From the NCBI GenBank assembly GCA_000934665.2, contig JYFJ02004146.1:1-34364 (forward strand): a stretch of DNA of 34,364 nucleotides, given 5' to 3'. Within the stretch, counting starts at the first letter, position 1. Each line of letters begins with the position of its first letter. The DNA comes from Catajapyx aquilonaris. Taxonomy: Eukaryota. Made by a program: the position numbers and the translations under genes. Positions 25,190-34,364 of the stretch are shown one piece after another. Under the pieces are notes generated by a model. The model made no database searches. It saw only the letters and a list, made by a program, of their open reading frames with translations, and was not told where the DNA came from.

Positions 25190-26468
25190 ATGGAATCAGA
25201 AAGGACAGCGGTGGAGCTCAAAATCCCAGTTCCTTGGGGACACATAGCTGCAAAGGACTGGGGCCCTCCTGATGGAATTCCTCTCCTGGGGCTGCATGGC
25301 TGGCAAGACAATGCAGGAACCCATGATCGCCTAGTGCATTTTCTTCCTGGACATCGTTTAGTGTCCCTTGACCTCCCAGGGCATGGCCTTTCGTCTCATT
25401 ATCCACCGGGGATGCACTACACATACTTTGATTTCTTCCTTGCTGTGAGGAGGGCTGTAATGCACCTTGGATGGACCAAATACAACATGATTGGGCATAG
25501 CATGGGTGGGTTGGTGGCAGCAGTATATGCCAGCGTGTATCCAAGTGAGGTCGAGAAGGTAGTCATGCTTGACACTGTCCATCCTCTGAGGAGAGAAGAG
25601 CGTATTCCCAGCAAACTTATTGACACTGTAAGTCCATTTTTGTGGCTCTGGGAATGGTGTAGCACTTGTTCATGGCATGTTTCTCATCGTTCATTAACAA
25701 GGCCTCCAACTCTGGCACTGTTGTTATTAATCTACTGTTTCCAACTAGTGTATGTTTTACTTGTACATTAATCAAGACGTAAAGTAATCATTCTGAAGCT
25801 TCTAACTGACATGATATAACCTCGCTATTGCTAGAGCACTTTATAGCAATCCATCTCCTAATTTACACTAATTTTAAAATTGCACATCCAGACTTCACCA
25901 CTGCTGTGGTACACCATTAACAAAGTTTGTCCTATTCCCAGTAGTGTAACATAATTTAGGCATGGCAAGCAAGAGCAGTAACTAAAGTGGAATTTTTTAT
26001 CAGGTGTTTGCAGTAGAAAAGAAACTAGAGAGACCAACTCCAACATTCACTCAAGAGGATGCAACAATGAGGGCAGCAGAAAACCTGACAGGACAAATGA
26101 GTCTGGACTCAATGAAGATATTGATGGAGCGGGGACTGAGGGAAGCTCCAGAAGGTGGCGGCAGGGTTATTTTCTCCAGGGATCTGCGCCTACAAACAAT
26201 CATGCTGTACTCAATGTCTCGGAGACAAGCCATGCAGTTTTTGTCCCACATTAAGTGCCATCTTCTAGTTGTGATATGCAAGAACCGGGTTGGGATGTTA
26301 CCTGATGCCCAGAAGGAGGACACTGAATTTTACGAGATGTATCAAAAGAAATGTTCTTCATTTCAACTAGAGCGAGTGGATGGTACACATTTTGTGCACT
26401 TGGATCACCCTGAGCATGTAGGACACATGGTAGCAAAGTTTCTTAGCAACACCTCCAGCCATCTGTAA
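25190..26468 (+). CDS. serhl: Serine hydrolase-like protein (SERHL/kraken-type alpha/beta hydrolase), paralogue A, intron-poor
   Basis: Exons 25190 (or acceptor 25200)-25627 and 26004-26468 (GTAAGT...TTTTTTATCAG, ph0). Motifs IPVPWGHI, LHGWQDN, DLPGHG, GHSMGG (nucleophile), SRDLRL, GTHFVHL. Ends -SHL. AATAAA at 27193. Confidence 0.9.
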
Positions 26469-27947
26469 GGAAGTCAATGCAGTTCCAATGATACTTCTTT
26501 GACTCGGAGTAAGCCTTGAGAAAGTTACTTTTTTTTCATGCGAGTATGAAGAAGTTGATTTATTCTTGGAGAGATTTGACAGGCCAAATATTCCATCCCT
26601 TTCCAGCCTTTGTGCAGTATCTGTTCCTCCATAGTGTAATGGAAGTAATCGAAGGAGATTAATTGATGCAAGTGAATAAGCAATAATTTCAAAAGCACTA
26701 AGGAACTACACCTGATTTTTGACATTTGTATAGCTGCATTGTTACTGGAGGCTTGGGCAACAATATCAATTTGTTTTGAGATTTCTGTATAGAATGGCTT
26801 AGTCATGGGGCAAGTCATCATGGTAAAGTCATCACAACATGTAAGCCACATCTTTCTTGACAATGACAGTATTTGTAGTGATGACAAGCCAACATGGTTT
26901 TAATTGGCAGTAATTTCCTGTGGAGCTGCCACTTGGGCCATTTGTGTCTACTCTTGAGTATTTGTAACTTGTACGTACTACAACTGTGAAGTCCCTCTAA
27001 TACCAATGTGGAAGCTTGTTTACAATGGCTCTTGACCAAAACTCAGAGTACTAAACAGTCTCCTCAGTCATGGCAGGTTTTGCTGAATGGTACAAAATTG
27101 AACCAGCATGACTACCTTAGGCAGCAGAAATCTGGTATTACAATTTGCCCTACAACTTGAACTGCCTATCTTTTAAGCACTGTTTTTCTTGCAATAAATG
27201 CTCATTTCATCGTGCCCTATGACCATGTCATGGTAAATGATCATGACTTAACTATCTCAGAGCACTACCTCCACCATATGCTGAGGTATTTGGTATCTAA
27301 TGTTGTCAGCATGTCTTTTGGGAAGCTGGATAGTTCAAAACTTGGTGCTTACGAGACTACCATTCGCATTCTCAACTGTGATATACCTTGGTGCTTCCAC
27401 AACAAAACTAGAATGTTCTGCTTCATTCCTTTCCTCACATTGGCCCTCTTTTGCGTAAGTACCAGTTTTTAAAATGCTAAATTTAACTTCCACCTTACTG
27501 ATAAAATCAATCAGCTATTTCATCAATGTTTTATGCACTGTATGATCTACTTACTCAGAAAACTTCATTTAAGTGATGCTCAGTGTGTAACTCAGATGAA
27601 AACTGTGAGCGTCCTTTATACACTGTCTTTTGCACTTTTACACTGTCTTTTATTATGGTGATTTCAAATTGATTTAAAATATGTGCTCCATTATTATACA
27701 CTATTTTAATATTTCGTGGACTGCTTGCTCTTTATTCTAAATGTAAGAATGCAATTATTCAAGCCTTAAAACATTATAGGAAAATAAGAATTTTGTAATG
27801 ATGCCATTTACTTAGGTGATGAAATGATACCGATTACTTTAAGTCCATTTGTAACATCCACATATAACGGCAATCAAGATGTGTCATTACATCATTTTGT
27901 CATCAAAGTGAATACAAGCCTGATAGTATGGTACTTATACTTGGGTC

Positions 27948-27999
27948 GTTCCCCCCAGAGAGTCCTATATGGCCCCACAAACCAGTATGTAAAGTAGTA

Positions 28000-28074
<75 letters not shown>
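27948..28074 (+). mobile_element. 5'-truncated non-LTR retroelement 3' end with (TAA)n tail
   Basis: 12-bp TSD TATACTTGGGTC at 27936-27947 and 28075-28086, around ~50 bp of unique sequence plus a long (TAA)n run. Confidence 0.75.
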
Positions 28075-28931
28075 TATACTTGGGTCATATGTGACACCTT
28101 ATCAGAAGTTCATTGATAAAATATAAACTTTCAAATGTTTGTGATTTCACTCTGCTTTAGTTGTGACAAGTTATGTTGTGGCCAGTGCAGGAGAATTCTG
28201 TGTGAAGTTATAATAGTCAAAACTTCAGTGTGATGAAATGTGCCAAAAATATTAATAATAATAGTTGTTATTATACATTGTGAAATTAAATGCAGGTCTC
28301 AAAAGACATCTCAACAATTAGTTATGGTACTGGTACTGTAATGCATATGTATTACAAATAGTGTGTAATTGATAGCTCTTGTTGATAGCAATAATACAAG
28401 TGACATCCAGTCAGTCAGCAGTGTAGCTTATTTTTTTCTACCTTGCTTATTCTCTGTATCTGTGACAAGAATTGTTAATCACCAGTGAATGGTCCCTGCT
28501 CTCTGGCAGCCTGCCAACTTTGATTTCCTGTTACTTTGAACTGGGACCTGTTGGCAGCACTTGTTATCTGTGTCCTTCAATTGGGTTCAGGGATTACTGT
28601 ACAATGCCTTAGTCTCCCCCACAGTCTCTCCTCAATCTGCTCTTCTGCTGGCAGCTGCTTTGGAGGTTGTTGGTATTGTAATTTTATTTATACTCCTTCT
28701 GATGAGTGGCTAGTGCATTGTTATTACTCAGATTTGAGTGTGGTGATAATGAGTTTTTATTATCATTACATGTACTGAAACTGATTTTGTGTAGCTGTCA
28801 ATCAGAAATGTCCAGTAGCAAAGCTGAGTTAGCATAACACATTATTAATATCAGTCAACTACACTGCCACTCCAGCATTGTCAGTTTACTTTGTGTGGTA
28901 GAGAGGCTACCATTTTAAAACTTATTTTCAG

Positions 28932-29253
28932 GCACTTCAAGTACATCAACCACATCCTTGAAAATGCAAGAAAATGGTGCGTACCCAACTGACATAACTA
29001 TCCCTGTGCCCTGGGGACATATCTCAGGTAGGTATCAAATACAAGTAATAATATATTGTACATGTACTGTTCCTTGCTGTATTAAGCATTCAATTGGGAA
29101 AAAAACCATTCATATCAGGGAAATCATTTTAAAACACTTGAAATTGGGAAAATTGTATGATACACTACAGGCTCCTCATAAAATGCCAAGACAGTAAGAG
29201 TAAAACAACTCAATTACCACCCACACTTACGGTTAGTGACAATCAGGAACAAT

Positions 29254-29303
<50 letters not shown>

Positions 29304-31446
29304 TCATACCCTGTTATCAGCTGGCAGCTCTTTAGGGGGGGGAGTTCATCCCAATTTTGTTTTGACTGGAACTCTTTGCTTTCATTTTTACTTTGCGTTT
29401 TGGGATGGGATAGGGACGGAAGGAAGCGGCTGTGCGCGGCTGTGTCCTAATTATTTAGGAAGCAATCCTGGAATTCTCCTGGGGGTACTGTGGGAAACGT
29501 CAGAAAACCACAGTTAGGATTGCTGGCCCTGGGACTCAAACCCAGGACCTCCCGATTAGCAGTCGAACACCTTATCCACTCCACCAAACTGCTTCGGTGG
29601 AACAATTTAATAATTGTGTGGGATGAAGTTTTTTGTGAAGCAGAGGTTCCTGCAATTGTTCGCAGAATGTTTCTCACAGAATAAATGTTGAAAGAGTTGA
29701 GTTCAGGTCTTTCATGGCGCATGAAAATTTATCAGTGAAAGTGAAACAATAGTCCAGGGCAATTAAAATGGGTGTAAACTGCATAAAACAGGATGTGGGT
29801 GAGTTTTAATGGACACCAGCTCATTGTTAGTGAATAATATGTTTTATTCACAGGTAAGGATTGGGGTCCTGAGACAGGGAAACCCCTTCTGGCCATGCAT
29901 GGATGGCAGGACAACTGCGGCACTTTTGATCTCCTAGCACCACTCATTCCTCAAGAGTGGCGATTGATCTCAATTGACCTTCCTGGGCATGGATATTCCT
30001 CCCATCTACCACCAGGAATGTTTTATGACAAGCTTTCAGATGTGGCTACTGTTCGCAGAGTCATCAAGCACTTGGGATGGGCATCCTTCAGTGTATGTGC
30101 CCAATAATTTCCATGCAAGGATATTTCAAGCAATGTTATTCTCCCCTACAGATTATTGGGCACAGCATGGGAGCTGGGATTGGCATGCTATATTCATGCA
30201 TTTATCCAGATGATATTGAGAAGCTGATATGTCTTGATCTGGTCAGACCAACAACAAGACCATCATCTGAGCATCATCTAGGTGCAAGGGCAGGAATCAC
30301 TGCTTTCTTAGACATGGAGGTAATTATGCCTCGAATTCATCAGCATTACATCTTTTACAACCTTGGACCACATTTTCAGGCCAAAATGAAATGTAATTCT
30401 GCACCCAAGTACGACCCAGATGATGCATTTGAGCGCCTATTGAAAGCAACTGGAGGTGAACTAAGCCCAAGGTCAGCAAAGATTCTCCTCAAGAGAGGGA
30501 TGAAGCCAGCTGATGATGATGACACCAAATTTGTGTTCACTCGTGATCCCCGCCTTCAAACACCATCATTGCATCGATTCACTCATGAGCAACTTATGCA
30601 GTTTGCTTCTAATATGAAGTAAGTGACTGGAACACGTTGGTATTTTCCGAGATGGGGGGAAGTGGCAAAGCCTATTCCTTTTTTTCTATCTCGAACTTAA
30701 GTGACCATAGTTGTCATTACTAACTTATGTTAGTCACACTTAGCTCTTGGTCACACTGACAATATCAGGAAAGGTGACATTAGTCTGAACGACTGAACTT
30801 CAAAAAGTCAGAGTGTAGCACTTTTTTGTGACTGACCAGACTTAACTGATAGTATATCAGAAAGCATGCAAAGAGACAATGATGTCAATAATATTGTGGA
30901 AATTTCGCAGTGGCCTGATGTCTGATACTCAAGTAGTGATTGGCATTATGTAACAAAGACGGCTGGCTCCCAACATTGTAGATCATCATAAAGCCTAGGC
31001 TTATCTCCACTTCCTGTTACCAATGCCAAATGGCATTGCACAATTTCTGGATGGCTTGCATGTAGTTATGCAAAATACCCTTATATGTATGCATATGGAG
31101 TTGAGTCCCCAAACTGACATGAATACCTGTGTTCCTAGAAATGTGTCTTACTGACCTTTTCTTCAGGTGTGAGACGCTGGTGGTGAGAGCACTTCTATCT
31201 CCAAAGGGAACCGAGTCTCGAGTTCATCCACAAGAACTGTCAAAGGTGGCCAAGAACATAAAAAGTTACCTAAGCAAGCAGGAGTTGGAGGAAAAGGAAA
31301 TGCTGGCTCTATACAAGCAGAAGTGTCGTCGACATTCCTATGTTGAAGTAACTGGCACTCACTTTGTGCACCTTAACCAGCCTGAACTTGTCTCTCCCCA
31401 TGTTGCTTGCTTTCTAAGAGGTGAATCAAATTCAGGAGGAGATTAA
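28932..31446 (+). CDS. serhl: Serine hydrolase-like protein (SERHL/kraken-type), paralogue B, intron-rich
   Basis: Exons 28932-29027 (internal ATG 28964; IPVPWGHIS), 29854-30092 (KDWGP, HGWQDN, DLPGHG), 30152-30319 (GHSMG), 30380-30618 (TRDPRL), 31167-31446 (GTHFVHL, TAA). All GT-AG, phases 1/0/0/2 consistent. Confidence 0.92.
29262..29598 (-). mobile_element. tRNA-derived SINE, copy 3 (more diverged), in an intron of SERHL paralogue B
   Basis: Reverse complement starts ACCGAAGCAGTTTGG like the other copies. (ATT)n tail. 16-bp TSD GGAACAATTTAATAAT at 29246-29261 and 29599-29614. Confidence 0.88.
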
Positions 31447-31919
31447 AGTGAGCAACTTGTCATGTCTAGTGTTTGTGTTTGGGATCTGTTGTGTTACTTA
31501 AACAGCTGTAGCATGCCAGATTATAATGTGAGTCAAAAGAAATTATCTTCATCTTATGTTAATTATGGAACAATGCAAGAGGTAAGTTGTGGTCATGGAA
31601 GACTTGTGTGGATGGGTATTGTTCAGTTGATTACAAGTTTTGTTAATTTCTGACTTCTGTTTTGAACATGCAGGTTACTTCAGGAATAGTAAAACACAAT
31701 TTTGATTCATAATCTGCTTCATGTGTGTTCTTGTGATCTTCAAGGGAGTGCTGATAGATTCCTTGCACTCACCATTTTGTTAGTTCCTTTTCAAAAACAC
31801 CTGTATCACATGCAAGGTGATAGTTGCTAAGGGTCAAATACCAAATATCACCTCTCTAATATTAGTATGCTTTTTCTGTTGTTTAGGTTTACAGTTATGA
31901 CAACTACCCGGCATTTACA

Positions 31920-32460
31920 ATGAAAGAGGGTTGAGTGGTCATGAACAACCTTTTATTAAAAAGACAATAGGCCAAACACACATTTAAAACAATGCGTCTA
32001 TTACATTAGGTGACATGTCTTCCTACTCCCCTGTCAAAAACTGGGTTGATGAATTATATAACAGGTCATTTCACCACTGAAGGCAAAGAACATTCTGGAG
32101 GGTTAGTTGAAGTGACTGGTCCTGAAAATGTGGATGCCATTCATTTCATGATATTGCACCAGCATTTCTCAACCAGGGTTCCACAATAAACAGTGATGAA
32201 TAGGCTAATCATATGCAAATGTACATTTGAGTTTTTAATTGCTAGGTTTATAGTATAATAATTTTTATGTAGGGGTTCCCTGAGATATGAATATTATTTC
32301 AAGGGTTCTGCAAGGGTAAAAAGGTTGAGAAACGCTGTATTAGAGGATTGAAAAGTCACACCTAAAAGGTAGCAGAGGTCCAAAGTATACATCACATGTT
32401 ATTTAAGACATTGGACATGAGGAAGCTCTCAACCAAATGGATGGCCAAATGTTTGAATGA
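31920..32460 (+). pseudogene. Degenerate mariner transposase N-terminal remnant, interrupted by a hAT MITE
   Basis: Frameshifted translation gives SYSPVKNWVDE, GHFTTEGKEHSG...VTGPENVDAIHFMILED* and LDMRKLSTKWMAKCL, matching the mariner HTH/WVPHEL-linker region. Boundaries approximate. Confidence 0.7.
32160..32337. mobile_element. hAT/Charlie-type MITE
   Basis: TIRs CAGCATTTCTCAACC / GGTTGAGAAACGCTG, internal GGGTTC motifs, degenerate 8-bp flanks TATTGCAC / TATTAGAG. Confidence 0.8.
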
Positions 32461-32875
32461 TTGTATGATCTTTACACTACGTAACAAATAACACCTTTTT
32501 ATCCACGGGTATTCATGGCACTTCCATGTTTCTTAGGACACTTGTAACTCATAATGACCATTCATTTTGTCTGAACGTTTTTTAAATAGCTTGAATGGGG
32601 CAGTCAGAAAACCAATCGATGTTGCTAGATCATCTCGGAATTTGCCGAAAGAAATCAGAGCTGTACGCACCTATGATTCGGAATGACACCAATATTTCGA
32701 GGAATTTGGTTTTTTGAATGCCCCTAGGTCAAAACCAAAGGTCAGACAAAATGAAATGTCATTATATGAGTAACGAGTGGCCTAAGGAGCAATGGCAATG
32801 AAGTCCCATGGACAAATAATATCGTGTTCATAGTGTTATGGACGAGAAGCACTATGATGAGTTGATGACTCCATA

Positions 32876-33000
32876 TGGATCAAGGCAGAGACTCTGTGAT
32901 CTTGCTCTGCTGAGTGTAGAAAGAAAAGAAATTGACAAAAACAACTGACGTTGACCCATCATAGACCAAATTGCATCAGTGAAATCAAAAGGAAGGCGTG
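32876..33000 (+). pseudogene. hAT transposase C-terminal dimerisation-domain remnant
   Basis: RLCDLALLSVERKE...IIDQIASVKS with in-frame stops, resembling the ERLxxLALLSIE...IIDxFA end of hAT transposases. Confidence 0.6.
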
Positions 33001-33350
33001 GTTGTAATTTTTATGAAAAGTGTCATTTGTCATTGAAAAGATTAATGAACTTTCGACTAGTATATTTAAGCTTATTTAATTATGAAGTTATATGAAAGAA
33101 GGGGGGAAAATTTCATAGCTCATGAGGAGCCAAAGAACTAGAAAGGTTTGTTTGAATGGTTATGAATAAATATACCATGCTACATACTGTACTGTAAGTG
33201 TACTAGTACCTCTGGCTGGAACATGCCCTGATTCGAAATTTTATATGCGACAAGACAATTACGACAAATGTTGGTTGGTGACAATGTAAAATAATAGTAT
33301 TTCAAAGTTCCCAAGTCAAACCGTCACGAAGTTCTCCATCGAATAATTTG

Positions 33351-33507
33351 CAAGTGGGTAACCACTTCGGTACTCCAGTGTACACCTGCGAGTGATACTG
33401 CCACAGGTACTCCTTAGGTGCCTTACTCTTCGGTACTCCTTGGTACTCCTTGAATTTGGTACCGGTACTCCAGTGTACACTTTTTAATTCGAGTGGTTAC
33501 CCTCTTG
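33351..33507. mobile_element. 157-bp MITE with 16-bp TIRs and perfect 8-bp TSD (P- or hAT-like)
   Basis: CAAGTGGGTAACCACT...AGTGGTTACCCTCTTG (1 mismatch). ATAATTTG at 33343-33350 and 33508-33515. Five internal GGTACTCC repeats. Confidence 0.85.
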
Positions 33508-33627
33508 ATAATTTGCTATGGTACTGTACCGATGTATTTGCAATTCATAGTCTCCACAAGTTTATATAGCAGATTCAGGTAACTTATAGGTTTTGCCTGG
33601 TCGGCTGGGATTAAAATAAGAAATACT

Positions 33628-33926
33628 ACCGAAGCAGTTTGGAGTATAGGGGATATTGTGTCCGACTGCTAATCGGGAGGTCCTGGGATCAAATCCCTGG
33701 GCCGACAACTCTGACCGTGGTTTTCTGTGGTTTCCCACGGTCCTTCCAGGAAAATTCCGGAGTTGCTTCCGTAATTAATAGGCCACAGCCGCTTCCTTCC
33801 GTCCTTATCCCATCCCAAAACGCAAAGTAAAAATGAAAGCAAAGAGTTCCAGGCAAAACAAACTTCCCCCCTAAAGAGCCGACGGCTGATAACGGGGTAT
33901 GAATTATTAATTATTATTAATTATTG
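33628..33926 (+). mobile_element. tRNA-derived SINE, copy 2
   Basis: Near-identical to 20776-21072. Perfect 13-bp TSD AATAAGAAATACT at 33615-33627 and 33927-33939. Confidence 0.92.
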
Positions 33927-34269
33927 AATAAGAAATACTCAACATCGTTTCGAAAGCAAAATTTTCCATGTCTGCCTGCACAGGACTTTGCTTAGTGGCC
34001 GTCTTTCAATCATTAAAAAAGAAGAAGAAATAAATAGATTTGATGATGCACGGTATTATGATTCCAAATGTTAGCGACAGTGGCTAGGAAGTACGCTTAC
34101 TTCCCAGCCACTATCTCTAACATAACCTCCCCAGCCATTATGTCTAGACAACATCCGTAACTTATCATTATTGCAAATCGGCGCACAACATGAAGTCATA
34201 CTAAAGTTTTCATATCTTTGAATATAAGAGCGGTGTATTGCATTTTGTGATTGCGAATACTGTGAAATA

Positions 34270-34364
34270 CGAGGGCGGATCAAAAAAGACTGAGACTTAT
34301 TTTTTTTCTCACACTATTTATTGAACTGGATCAATGGGCACATGGTCTTTTTCGAAGTACTCCC
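34270..34364 (-). mobile_element. 3' end of a mariner element, truncated by the window edge
   Basis: TA followed by mariner-type TIR CGAGGGCGGATCAAAAAAG. The minus strand reads ...EYFEKDHVPIDPVQ*, like the mariner C-terminal G(D/E)YFE. Confidence 0.75.

Overview
Eukaryotic, intron-containing genomic DNA from an animal, most likely an invertebrate (inferred from short introns, mosaic CpG depletion and TE types). It contains: (1) the 3' part of an unrecognised multi-exon + strand gene with a 2.2-kb Lys/Arg/Asp-rich repeat exon; (2) ~7 kb of E-box-rich non-coding DNA followed by a complete 4-exon Ptf1a/Fer1 bHLH gene with both RBPJ/Su(H)-binding motifs; (3) a serine hydrolase-like (SERHL/kraken-type alpha/beta hydrolase) locus; (4) many non-autonomous TEs (three copies of a tRNA-derived SINE, several MITEs, a 1.8-kb foldback element, mariner and hAT remnants). 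The most notable inference is at the SERHL locus. One upstream exon encoding a mitochondrial-presequence-like peptide can splice in frame onto either of two complete paralogous hydrolase bodies: an intron-poor copy ending in PTS1-like -SHL, which would sit inside the first intron of the other, and an intron-rich copy lacking PTS1. All exon structures were read by eye from GT/AG sites and phase consistency and need transcript confirmation.
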